Below are positions 26,056 to 36,055 of a stretch of DNA of 44,602 nucleotides, one piece after another (position 1 is the stretch's first letter; each line of letters starts with the position of its first letter). Below the pieces are notes generated by a model. The model saw only the letters and a list, made by a program, of their open reading frames with translations, made no database searches and was not told the DNA's origin. The stretch is from a virus (Duplodnaviria; Caudoviricetes): positions 1-44,602 of the IMG/VR virus record IMGVR_UViG_3300036987_000539; one strand, written 5' to 3'. Both the position numbers and the translations under genes were made by a program.

Positions 26056-26371
26056 CGGCGTGGTGCGGATATACGCCGTGGGCAACGTGGCCCAGCCTGG
26101 CAAAATGCCCGTGGAAGGGCTGACGCTGACCGAAACCCTGCCCTTTGCGCAGAAGACCGTAGGCGCGATGCGCTTTGCGCAGGGGGTGCTGGTGGGCTAC
26201 CGGATCGACAACCGCCTGCGCACCCCGCGGCGGGACAGCGTGACCACGATGCATGTGGCAAGGACGCATGACGGCACCCGCTACCACATCCGGCAGGTGC
26301 AGTACCCCGAGGATGTGACGCCGCCCAGCATGGACTTGGCGCTGGAAAGGATGGCCGCAGATGACGCTTGA
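26021..26371 (+). CDS. Head closure / head-tail adaptor
   Basis: YPDGVVRIY...YHIRQVQ...DLALE; position. Confidence 0.7.
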   Translation: MQGKKAIQAYPDGVVRIYAVGNVAQPGKMPVEGLTLTETLPFAQKTVGAMRFAQGVLVGYRIDNRLRTPRRDSVTTMHVARTHDGTRYHIRQVQYPEDVTPPSMDLALERMAADDA

Positions 26372-26669
26372 GGCATTCGGGACATGGCTTGCGGCCATCG
26401 ACCCCAAGGCGACCCATTACGTGGCCGCCAGCAGCGGCCCCTGCACTGTGTGGCGGGAGTACCAGCGCGTAGGCCACCATGCGGACGGGCAGCATCAGGG
26501 CGGCTGGAAGGTGCAGATTGACCGCTATACCAAGGACGAGGCGGACGCCATCGCCGCCGCCATTGAAGTGGCCATTGAGGTCAGCGTGGACATTGCGGCG
26601 GAACATCTGGTGGACTATGACACGGACACCGGCATGATCCGCCACATCTTCGACTGCGAGGTGGCCTAG
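26361..26669 (+). CDS. Tail completion/terminator-like protein
   Basis: VWREY...VQIDRYTKDE...YDTDTGMIRH; position. Confidence 0.7.
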   Translation: MTLEAFGTWLAAIDPKATHYVAASSGPCTVWREYQRVGHHADGQHQGGWKVQIDRYTKDEADAIAAAIEVAIEVSVDIAAEHLVDYDTDTGMIRHIFDCEVA

Positions 26670-27125
26670 GTGGCGCGGTTTCAATCGGTGAACGTGGACG
26701 AGATGGCCCGCGAGCTGAGCCGCCTCGGGCAGGTAACCGCGCCTATGGCGCGCGAGATGGTAGCCGAGGGTGCAAAGGTGCTTGTGGGTACGTGGAAGAG
26801 CGTGATCCGCGAGCTGAAGCACGTGGACACCGGCGACATGGCGGACAGCGTGCAAGCGGACGAACCCGCCCAGCAGGGCGGGGCCACCGTGGCGGAAATC
26901 TACCCCCGCGGGGTGGACCGCAAGGGCGTGCGCAACGCGGAGAAGGCCTTTCTGCTGCATTACGGCTGGCAGGCGGGCAAGGCGGCGCGCGGCAAAAAGA
27001 AATCCAAGGGCCGCAAGGATACCCACACGGGCAATCACTTTGTGGATACGGTTGAACAAGAATGCGCGGACGCGGTGGATTACGCCATGGAAAGCGTGAT
27101 GAACCGCTACATGAAAGGAGACTGA
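26670..27125 (+). CDS. HK97 gp10-like neck protein
   Basis: DTGDMADSV...RNAEKAFLLHYG...HFVD. Confidence 0.75.
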   Translation: MARFQSVNVDEMARELSRLGQVTAPMAREMVAEGAKVLVGTWKSVIRELKHVDTGDMADSVQADEPAQQGGATVAEIYPRGVDRKGVRNAEKAFLLHYGWQAGKAARGKKKSKGRKDTHTGNHFVDTVEQECADAVDYAMESVMNRYMKGD

Positions 27126-27127
27126 CC

Positions 27128-27715
27128 ATGGCAAATATCGGAGTTTTACGGCCTGTGTTCGCCAAAGTCGCTACGGAGCCGGAAAACGCGGCCATTACCT
27201 ATGCCGCGGGCAAGGCGCTGGGGTACGCCATGAACATCGGCGTGACCTATGAAACGAACGACGCCAAGCTGCACGCTGAGGGCACCGTGGTGGAAAGCGA
27301 CAACAGCGTGACCGGCGCGGAGCTGACCGTGGGCGTGGACGACATCGCCGACGAAAATCAGGTGGACCTGCTGGGCACCGAAAAGAGCGGCGAGACCGGC
27401 AGCGAGGAATACGAGATCACCGACGCGAGCGCGCCGTATGTGGGCGTGGGCTATGTGGAGGTGCGCAAAAAGGGCGGCGTGATCAGCTACCGCGCCCGCT
27501 GGTTCCACAAGGTGCAATTCAAGCAGCCGGACGAAAGCCTGACCACCAAGGGGGACAAGCTGGAGTTCCAGACCCCCACGATCAAGGGCAAGGTGCTGGG
27601 CGTGTACCTGGACACGACGGGCAAGCTGCGCTTCCGCAAGAGCCACACCTTTACCACGCTGGCCGCAGCCAACGCGTGGCTGGATACCAAGGCCGGTATC
27701 AGCAGCGGCACCTGA
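27128..27715 (+). CDS. Major tail protein (phi13 family-like)
   Basis: IGVLRPVFA...APYVGVGY...KVQF...TKGDKLEFQTPTIKG. Confidence 0.88.
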   Translation: MANIGVLRPVFAKVATEPENAAITYAAGKALGYAMNIGVTYETNDAKLHAEGTVVESDNSVTGAELTVGVDDIADENQVDLLGTEKSGETGSEEYEITDASAPYVGVGYVEVRKKGGVISYRARWFHKVQFKQPDESLTTKGDKLEFQTPTIKGKVLGVYLDTTGKLRFRKSHTFTTLAAANAWLDTKAGISSGT

Positions 27716-27723
27716 CGGAGGGC

Positions 27724-28188
27724 ATGATGCAAAAGATAACGTACTGCGTGATCGATGACACACCCCTGCCCCTGCTGTTCTCGCTGGGCGCGGAAATGCA
27801 GATCGCGCAGCGGCTGGGCAGCGTGGACAGGCTGTTTGACGTGTTTTCCGGTGGCGAGACCGACGCGGAGCGGGAAATCCGGCTGGAGATCGAAAAGGGC
27901 ATGACCCCCGAGCAGATCGCCGCGCGCGACGCGGAGGCGTGCGAGCCCCTCGACCTGCTTTCCGTGCTGCCCTTCACCATCGCCACGCTGGCGCGGCAGG
28001 GGCAGCTGTATCAGGGCGAACAGGCGAGCATCACCGAAGATTGGGTAGCGTTGCACGCGCGCCCCGCGGACATCGAGCCCATGACCCTTGCGCTGCTCAA
28101 GGCCATCGAGGCAGGGCTTGCCATGCAGCACCATACCCAAGCGGACGGCGAGGAAGACATGGTGAAGGCGGCGCTTGAAAAAAACTGA
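27724..28188 (+). CDS. Tail assembly chaperone (G), ending in a slippery site
   Basis: Between MTP and TMP; ends GAA AAA AAC TGA. Confidence 0.75.
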   Translation: MMQKITYCVIDDTPLPLLFSLGAEMQIAQRLGSVDRLFDVFSGGETDAEREIRLEIEKGMTPEQIAARDAEACEPLDLLSVLPFTIATLARQGQLYQGEQASITEDWVALHARPADIEPMTLALLKAIEAGLAMQHHTQADGEEDMVKAALEKN

Positions 28189-28376
28189 TGCGGCGCAGCG
28201 GGCACGACCCACTGCGCCACCTTTCGTATGCATTGCAGGCAGGCGTACCGCCACAGGACGCCCGCCTGCTGTGCGTAGGGGAAATCTTTGACCTGCATTT
28301 GTGGCAACTGGAAACGGATACACGAAACCAACAAGCGATGCTGGAGGTGATGGCGGCGTGCCTACGCGCGAGATAA
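28185..28376 (+). CDS. Tail assembly chaperone GT extension via -1 frameshift
   Basis: A AAA AAC heptamer at 28179-28185; the -1 frame is open for 62 aa. Confidence 0.7.
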   Translation: MMRRSGHDPLRHLSYALQAGVPPQDARLLCVGEIFDLHLWQLETDTRNQQAMLEVMAACLRAR

Positions 28377-31300
28377 TGACCAAGCTGGTGCTGGACGGCG
28401 AGCGGGACTACGCTGCGGGGCTGGAAAAGAGCTACAAGACCGTAAGCCAGTTGGGGCGCGAGCTCAAGCTGACCGCCGCCCGCTTCCTTGATAACGCAAA
28501 CAGTATGGAGGCCCACAAGGCCAAGGCGGAGGTGCTTCGCCGCGAGATTGCCGCGCAGGAGGACGTGATCCGCTCGCTGAGCGACCGGATCAAGTACGCG
28601 GATCAGGCGTATGGGGGCAACACCGAGGCGCAGGAGCGCTATGCCCAGAAGATCGACAAGGCGATGCGCGCCCTTGCCAGCATGAAAAGCGAGCTGTCCA
28701 ACAGCGAAAGCGCCATGGCCGGAATGGGCAACGCCAGCGAAAAGGCGGCGGCGGACCTTAGTAAAACGGAAGCCGCCACGCGCGACGTGGGGGCCGCTGC
28801 CGCCGCTGCCAAGCAGACGGTGGAAAAGCTCTCGGGCGGGTTTACGGTGTTCAAGGGGGTGCTGAGCAACCTGACCACCGACGCGCTGCGCAAGGGCAGC
28901 CAGATGCTCAGGGAATTTGTGGGCGACGGCGTGACGCTGGCCAGCAACCTTGCGGAAGTGGACAACGTGGTATCCACCGCGTTTGGAAGCGCGCAGGCGG
29001 ATATCAAGGCGTTTGCCGACAGCGCGGCGGAGAATTTCGGCCTATCCTCACTGGCGGCGCAGCGCTATGCGGGCAAGACGGGCGCGGCGCTGAACGCCAT
29101 GGGGCTGGAAAGCAAAGCGGCGGTGATGAGCAAAACGCTCACCGGCCTCAGCGGCGACCTTGCGAGCTTTTGGAACATCACGGCGGACGAGGCGAACCAG
29201 AAGCTGTTTTCGGGCGTGATATCCGGCGAAACCGAGGGCCTGAAAGCGCTGGGCATCGTGATGACCGATACCAACCTGCGCGCCTTCGCGCTGACGCAGG
29301 GCATCACCAAAAAGACCAGCGCCATGACCATTGACGAAAAGGCCGAACTGCGCTACCAGTATGTGCTGAACGCCACCAAACAGGCGCAGGGCGACTTTGC
29401 CAAGACCAGCGGCAGCCTTGCCAATCAGATGCGCATTGCGACCCTGCAAACAGAGAACGCGCAGGCGGCCATCGGCGGCAAACTGGCACCATCGGTAAAC
29501 AGGGTGATCGGGCGCTTCAACGCGTGGATGCAGGGCGATTACGGCAAACAGGTGATCGCCAGCACCGCCGAGGCGGCGGGGCAGCTGGCCGAGGGCGCGC
29601 TGACCGCGCTGGGAACGGCGCTGGGCTGGGTGGTGGAGCACATGGAAGCCATCAAGGCGGGCGCGGCGGCCATCGGCATCGGCTTTCTGGCCGCGAAGGT
29701 GACCGGCTTTGTGATGACCATGAGCAACCTTGTGCGCACGCTGCTGGCCGCCAGCAAGGCCGCAGGCGCGCTGAACGCCGTGATGGCGATGAACCCCGCC
29801 GTGCTGGTGGGACTGAGCGTGGCGGCGCTGACGGCGGGCGTGATCGCGCTGGCCGCCAGCTATAAAACGCTGGACGACAAGCTGGCCGATTTGAAGCTGA
29901 GCGTGCCGCAGGGCAGCGTGGACGCAGTGACGGACGGCATCAACGCCGGTATTGCCGCCGCGGATAAGACCCATGAAGTGACCGTGACGATCAACGCCGA
30001 TACTCAAAGCCTCAAAGATCAGCTGGACGGCTTTTTGAGCGAGGGCAGCGGCGGCGGGCAGGAGCTGACCAAAAAAGAGTATACGGCCATCTCCAAGTAT
30101 GTGAAGGACATCGTGGGGCCGGATATCGAACGCGCGAAAACGCAGTTGGCGGCGCAAAAAGAGGATTTCAAGGCCAGCCTGCTGGCGGTGGTGGACGACA
30201 GCGGCCAGAGCCCCTTCAGCGAGGCCCGCGCGGAAGAGCTTGCCACGGGTCTGGGCGAGAAGACGCAGGCGCTGATCAGCGAGCTGGAGCAGTACAAAAC
30301 CGATTACCTTGCGTTGGCCAAGCAGATTTACAAGGATGGCCGCACGCCCACCGAAGAGGAGATCGCCAACCTGCAAACGCTGCTGGATAAGATCGGCACG
30401 GTGCGTATTGCGCTTTCCGCCGCGCAGGACAGCGCCACGCAGGTGCTCAAGGCCCGCACCGACCGCGTGAAGGGCGGCACGGGAACGGAGCGCGACTTTG
30501 GCGAGGCGCTGGGGTATGCGCAGCAGCTGTTTGCCAACGAGGCCGCCGACCGCCACGCGGCCAACGAGGCCGCCATCGCGCAGCTGCAAACGGACATCGA
30601 CACCTGGGACGCAGCGCTTGCAAAGGGCGGCATGACCGCGGCGGAAACCGAGGTGACCGCCCAGAACCTTGCCAAAGCCAAGGCCGACATGGCCGCCGTG
30701 TTTGCGGCGGACGAGCAGGTGGATACGACCGTGTTTGCCCAGCAGCAGGCGGAAATCCAGAAGCTGTTTGACGGCATGGCGAAAACGAACCCCGACGCTG
30801 CCGGTGCGCTGGCGGATTATGCGCGGCTGTACGACCAATACCGGCTGTTTCTTACGAGCCTGTCCAGCGGCGAGGGGTTTGAGCCGGACGAGAAACAGGC
30901 GCTGCTGACGCCGGAAAACCTGAAGGAATACCTGGGCCTTTCCATGTCGCAGGCGGATATTGACGCGATGTTTGCCGACCCCATGAATTTCGACGTGCAG
31001 ATTGACGGCTACCTGATGCAGATGCAGGCGGCCATGGAGAAGAAGATCGGCGAGGCGGACGGCCTGACCGGCAACCCCATGATGGCCTACCTGCAAACGA
31101 TGCTCAACAGCGGCACGCTTGCAAACCTCGACATGACCACGCTCAGCGGCAGTCTGGAAACCGCACTGAAAGCCGTGGACATGATCGGGCGCGGCACGGC
31201 GGTGGGTGGCGATCTGGTAAGCGGCATCAAGGGCGGCATCGGCGACGCGGCGGGCAAGCTGACGGCGGAAGACCTGACCACCCTTCGCGACAAGGTGATT

Positions 31301-32029
31301 GAGCAGACGCGCGCGGTGTTTGACAGCCACAGCCCCGCCCGCACCATGTACCCTGTGGGGGAGGACGTGACCGCGGGCATCACCACCGGCATGACGGACG
31401 AAACCGCGCTGACCAGTGTCACGACGGCGGCGGGCATTTTGCAGGGGGCCATCGCGGGGGCGCTGGATCTGACCGATGCGGGCGAGAGCGCCGCGGGCAG
31501 CTTTGCAAGCGGGCTTGTGAACAAGCGCGCCACGGTGACGAGCAAGGCCAAGACCATCGCCCTTGCCGCCAAGCTGGGGGTGTAACAGTACAGCAGCTTT
31601 TACAGTGTGGGGCAAAGCAACATCAACGGCTTCATCGCCGGTATGGAAAGCAGGCTGGACGCGGCGAAGCTATCCATCGCCACGATCATGAAAGCCGTGA
31701 TTCAGGCGGCCAAAGATGCGCTGGGTCAGAAAAGCCCGAGCAGGGTGTTTCAGGGCATCGGCATCAACAGCGCAGCCGGATATGAGATTGGGTTTACGCA
31801 GCGGATGGATCAGGCGGAGCGGCTGGTGGCCGAACGCCTGCAACGCACAGCTACCGTGCCGGAATGGGCGTTTCCGGCAGGGGCGCGCAGCGCGGGAGCC
31901 TTGGGCGGCGGGACAGGGGGCAAACTGTACCTGACGCAGCACGTGTATGCCAACGAAACCAGCTACGCCGCCCAGCAGCGGGAGGCGGCGCGGCAATTTA
32001 CGGTGATTGCGCGCAAGATGAGGGGGTGA
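28358..32029 (+). CDS. Tape measure protein interrupted by one in-frame TAA at 31583-31585
   Basis: GTG start after GGAGGTG; Ala-rich helical; HSPAR and KSPSRVF TMP motifs lie on either side of the stop in the same frame. Confidence 0.88.
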
Positions 32030-32033
32030 CGGG

Positions 32034-32915
32034 ATGGTCGAGCGGCTGTACTTCCGAAACGGCAACGGCTGGGTCACCGAGTTTTCGGTGTTCTCCGACT
32101 TCCACGTGAACGTTTCGCGCGACGTGGACGGGCTGAACGACGTATCCAGCAAGATTAACACTTCCACGACCATCGGGCAGGACGGCGAAACCTTTGTGTC
32201 CAGCGCCATCGAACCGCGTGACATCACCATTACCGGCCACCTGCGCGCCACGGGGCTGGCGCGGCAGGTGGAACTGCGCCAGCGGCTCAACCACGTGCTC
32301 AGCCCCAAGCGGCAGGCGGAGCTTGTGTATGTGTGCGGCGAACTGCGCAGGCGAATCGCCTGTTACGCGGAAACCGCGCCCAACTACACGCCTGGGGTTA
32401 TGCCGCAGTTTGTGATCCAGCTGCGCTGCCCCAACCCCTACTGGCAGGATGAGACGCAGGCCGAGGCGCAGGTGGCCGAATGGGAAGGCGGCATGATCTT
32501 TGACGAAACGGATGGATTGCAGCTGACCGACGAGTGGGAAGTGGGCCGCCGCACCGGCGACCTGATTGTGACGGTGGAAAACGGCGGCGACGTGGACTGC
32601 GGCCTGACCATCGTGTTTGAAGCCGAGGGCACGGTGGTGAACCCGCAGCTGATGAACGCGGGCACGCTGGAGTTTGTGAAGCTGAACACCACGATGGTCA
32701 GCGGTGACCGGATCGAGGTGACCACGGCCTACGGGCAGAAGAACGCGGTGCTGATCCGCTCCGGCGTGCGGACGGGCATCTTCCGCCTGCTGGACCCGAA
32801 CACCACGTTCTTGCAGCTGCGGGTGGGCGAAAACCTGTTTACCTGCGACGCGGATGAAAACGCAGCCAACCTGACCGCGAAAATCCAGTACAGCAACCAA
32901 TACCTGGGGGTGTAG
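32034..32915 (+). CDS. Distal tail protein (Dit)
   Basis: GQDGE...EPRDITITG...LRCPNPYW...FLQLRVGEN. Confidence 0.85.
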   Translation: MVERLYFRNGNGWVTEFSVFSDFHVNVSRDVDGLNDVSSKINTSTTIGQDGETFVSSAIEPRDITITGHLRATGLARQVELRQRLNHVLSPKRQAELVYVCGELRRRIACYAETAPNYTPGVMPQFVIQLRCPNPYWQDETQAEAQVAEWEGGMIFDETDGLQLTDEWEVGRRTGDLIVTVENGGDVDCGLTIVFEAEGTVVNPQLMNAGTLEFVKLNTTMVSGDRIEVTTAYGQKNAVLIRSGVRTGIFRLLDPNTTFLQLRVGENLFTCDADENAANLTAKIQYSNQYLGV

Positions 32916-32917
32916 CC

Positions 32918-34030
32918 GTGGAGATGGTGGTGTACGACACGGACATGAACGCGCTGGGTGAGATCGAGGCCATTACCTCGCTGGTGTGGACAAGGCGGTA
33001 CCAGACGGCGGGCGAAATGAACCTGCTGGTGCCCTACCGCGACGATTACGCGGCGCTGCTGCTGGACGGCAACCTGCTGATGAAGCGCGGTGGCGACGAG
33101 GCCATGCAGATCTGTTTTTGCCACATATCGCAGAACACGCAGGGCGCGCAGCAGCTGGAGGTGCGGGCCAGAACGCTGATGAGCTGGCTTGACAGGCGCA
33201 TACTGCTCAAGCAGATCGCCTCCAGCGGGCTGACGGGGCAGCAGATCATCCGGCAGATGGTCACCCAGAACGTGACCGCGCCTGCCGACCCCGCGCGGTG
33301 CATACCGCACACCGCGCTGTATTCGCGCGCGGACTATGTGGACGCGCCCATTGCCGACTATGCCAGCGAGGAGCACGCGGCGCTGCTGGACAGCGTGGAG
33401 GGGCTTTTGAACACCGCCGCGCTGGGCCTGCGCGTGTGGACGGACGCGGTGGCGAAAACGCACCGGTACGACGTATTCCGCGGGCGTGACCTGACCACCG
33501 GCCAGAGCGCGAACGACCCCTGCATTTTCAGCGCCGAGTTTGACACGCTGGGCGCGCACAGCTACACGCACGGCTCCGAGGCTCTGAAAACCATGGCCTA
33601 TGTGTACGGCGCGGACACGACGGTGAATATCGGCGCAGAAACGGCGGGCCTTGCGCGCCGCGAGATGGCCGTGGAAGCCAGCGACATTGCCCGCGAGTAC
33701 ACCGATGAGAACGGCAACACCGTGACCCGCACGACGGCCCAGCTGACCAGCGCATTGACCCAGCGGGGCAGCGAGGAGCTGAAAAAGGCGCTGGAGGAGC
33801 TGACCTTTGAGGGCACGCTCAACAATGCCGCACAGACCCAGTATGGCGTGGATTTTGACATCGGCGACCGCGTGACCTGCCAGAACCGCAGCTGGGGCGT
33901 GGCGCTGGACGTGCGGATCACCGAGATCACGGAAACGTATCAGGGGAACAAAACGGAGATCACCGTGACGTTTGGCGAGGGCACGCCGTCGCTGAAGAAC
34001 ACCGTGCGCCAGATGGCAAAGGGGAGGTAA
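32918..34030 (+). CDS. Tail hub protein (ReqiPepy6 Gp37-like)
   Basis: SLVWTRRYQTAGE...YGVDFDIGDRVT...RITEITE..TFG. Confidence 0.85.
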   Translation: MEMVVYDTDMNALGEIEAITSLVWTRRYQTAGEMNLLVPYRDDYAALLLDGNLLMKRGGDEAMQICFCHISQNTQGAQQLEVRARTLMSWLDRRILLKQIASSGLTGQQIIRQMVTQNVTAPADPARCIPHTALYSRADYVDAPIADYASEEHAALLDSVEGLLNTAALGLRVWTDAVAKTHRYDVFRGRDLTTGQSANDPCIFSAEFDTLGAHSYTHGSEALKTMAYVYGADTTVNIGAETAGLARREMAVEASDIAREYTDENGNTVTRTTAQLTSALTQRGSEELKKALEELTFEGTLNNAAQTQYGVDFDIGDRVTCQNRSWGVALDVRITEITETYQGNKTEITVTFGEGTPSLKNTVRQMAKGR

Positions 34031-34036
34031 GGCAGG

Positions 34037-34954
34037 ATGGCCGAAAAATCAAGCTTCTTTAACAGCATCGGCAACGACCGGCGCTACAAGGCCGAGGACT
34101 GGGCCGCGTATTTCGCCACGTTTGTGGGCAACGGCGTGGTGCTGAAAACCAATGCGGCGCTGGCCGTATCGGCGGACGCGGGCAGTATGAGCGTGTCGCT
34201 GGGTGCGGGCAGCGCGTTTATCAACGGGTACCGCTACGAGAACACGGCGGCGCTTTCGCTGGCGTTGCAGACCGCGCACGCGAGCCTGAACCGGATCGAC
34301 GCGGTGATGGTGCGGTGGAACCGCTCGCTGCGCGCCATGAACGCCTACATCGTGACCGGCACGCCCGCGCTGAACCCGCAGGCACAGGCACCGGCACGCA
34401 CCGCCGACATCCACGAGCTGTGCGTGGCGCACGTGTTTGTGGCGGCGGGCGCGACCAGTGTAGGCCAGAGCGCCATTGACGACAGGCGGCTGGACAGCGC
34501 GATCTGTGGCCTTGCCACGATGATCGGCGAGGTGGACACCAGCACGCTGTACGCGCAGATTCAGGCGGATTTGGCGGCTTTCAGGGCCGACGAGCAGGCG
34601 GACTTTGCCGCATGGTTTGCGGGCGTGCAGGCAACGCTGGGCAGCGATACGGCGGGCAACCTGCTCAACCTGATCCAATACCACGCGCCGGTTGTGCTGA
34701 CCGTAAGCCTGCCCGCCAGCGGCTGGAGCGCCAGCGCGCCCTACACGCAGACGGTGAACGCGGCGGGGATGCTAACCACGGATGCGCCGCTTGCGGACGT
34801 GGTGCTGAGCGCCACGGCGGCCACCGCCAAAGCGCAGCTGGAGGCGTATGGCTACATCGGGCGGATCGATACGGGCAGCGGGCAAATCACGGTGACCTGC
34901 TACGAAGACAAGCCAGCGGTTGACCTGACGCTGGTTTTGAAGGTGGTGCGCTAA
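34037..34954 (+). CDS. Baseplate/tail fibre proximal protein
   Basis: SSFFNS..DRRYKAEDWA.YF, RIDAV, DRRLDSAICG; LPASGWS..APYTQTV. Confidence 0.8.
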   Translation: MAEKSSFFNSIGNDRRYKAEDWAAYFATFVGNGVVLKTNAALAVSADAGSMSVSLGAGSAFINGYRYENTAALSLALQTAHASLNRIDAVMVRWNRSLRAMNAYIVTGTPALNPQAQAPARTADIHELCVAHVFVAAGATSVGQSAIDDRRLDSAICGLATMIGEVDTSTLYAQIQADLAAFRADEQADFAAWFAGVQATLGSDTAGNLLNLIQYHAPVVLTVSLPASGWSASAPYTQTVNAAGMLTTDAPLADVVLSATAATAKAQLEAYGYIGRIDTGSGQITVTCYEDKPAVDLTLVLKVVR

Positions 34955-35707
34955 ATGGGACAGGCGATGATAACGCGCCGCGGCGGCGGGGCGGGCGTGA
35001 AGCTGAAGCCGGTCGCGTATGCATCGGTGTTGCAACTACCCGCCAGCGCGGACGACGGGGCGCTGGCGGTGATCACGACCACGGGCATCGGCTACATCAC
35101 CGTGGACAAGGATCAACCTGCCACGGCAGCGGCTGGCGACCTGTGGTTGAAAACGGGGTTTGTGGGGCGCAGCGCGCTGTTGCTTTCCCCAAAGCCGCTG
35201 GTGAAAAGCTATCCCTTCACGGCGATGCAGTACATCGGCGGGGCGTGGACGTTTGTGCGCGTGTTTGTGTATAGCGGTGGCTGGCTGGAACTGCGGGCGT
35301 GGCTGTACGACGCGGGAGACATGCACACAGAACATGGCGGCGCGTTTGTAAATGACTACATCGAGGGCAGTTACGGCAGCATAACCTACGGTGCGAGTTA
35401 TATCTCCATCGTGCGTACCATCGCTGGCTCACGAACGTCTATCCGTAAGGCGAACAGCATTGACCTCACGCAGTTTAAGACGTTAAAGGCCGTGGTGCAG
35501 ATTTCGGGCTCCTTTTCTTCGCCACAATTCTCGCTACGTGTTTTTGACGGATCGACACAAATTGCGATTGTAACAGCCTCCGACTGGACGACATCTGAGG
35601 AGAAGACAATCGAGCTGAACGTTGAAAACCTCAACGGCGTATACACGGTCAAAGCCTATGTTGTGAACCAATGCACGTTCCGCGTGAAACAAGTGTGGCT
35701 GGAATAG
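34955..35707 (+). CDS. Putative receptor-binding/tail fibre protein
   Basis: Beta-rich C-terminus (IDLTQFKTL...LNVENLNGVY); position; compositional shift in 3' half. Confidence 0.65.
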   Translation: MGQAMITRRGGGAGVKLKPVAYASVLQLPASADDGALAVITTTGIGYITVDKDQPATAAAGDLWLKTGFVGRSALLLSPKPLVKSYPFTAMQYIGGAWTFVRVFVYSGGWLELRAWLYDAGDMHTEHGGAFVNDYIEGSYGSITYGASYISIVRTIAGSRTSIRKANSIDLTQFKTLKAVVQISGSFSSPQFSLRVFDGSTQIAIVTASDWTTSEEKTIELNVENLNGVYTVKAYVVNQCTFRVKQVWLE

Positions 35708-35720
35708 CGGGGTGGGTGGC

Positions 35721-35978
35721 ATGACATACTATCTGGATACGGACTGGCGCGTACACACGGAGCCTGTTGCAGGCGCGACGCCCTGGGTGGATACCGAGGG
35801 CTTCTTTGACGGCAAATGCGCGCAGTATATCGAGGGGTATCGTGTGGTACCTGCCGGACAGCGCTGGGCGCGTGCGGATGGGGCAACCTTCGCGGGGGAG
35901 ATGATTACCCCTGCCGTGGCGCTGCCGCTTCTGTTGGCGGCACAGGCCGCTTATGCTGAAGCGGCGGGCACGGCATAG
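35721..35978 (+). CDS. Small tail-associated protein
   Basis: FFDGKCAQYIEGYRVVPAGQRW..DG..F.GEMITP motif typical after fibre genes. Confidence 0.65.
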   Translation: MTYYLDTDWRVHTEPVAGATPWVDTEGFFDGKCAQYIEGYRVVPAGQRWARADGATFAGEMITPAVALPLLLAAQAAYAEAAGTA

Positions 35979-36008
35979 GCGGCAAATTAACAGACGTTTG
36001 GGAATTTG
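35979..36008 (+). repeat. 30-bp dif-like site, copy 2 (direct orientation)
   Basis: Exact match to 15035-15064; begins immediately after the last tail gene stop and precedes the endolysin. Confidence 0.9.
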
Positions 36009-36055
36009 GCGGGGCGGGCTGCAAGGCTCGCCCTGCTGCTTTTGGAGGCAATGGC

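Noticed and set aside
23648-31615. Long minus-strand ORFs (685 aa, 372 aa, 855 aa etc.)
   Set aside because: Shadow frames of high-GC structural genes with no recognisable motifs or RBS
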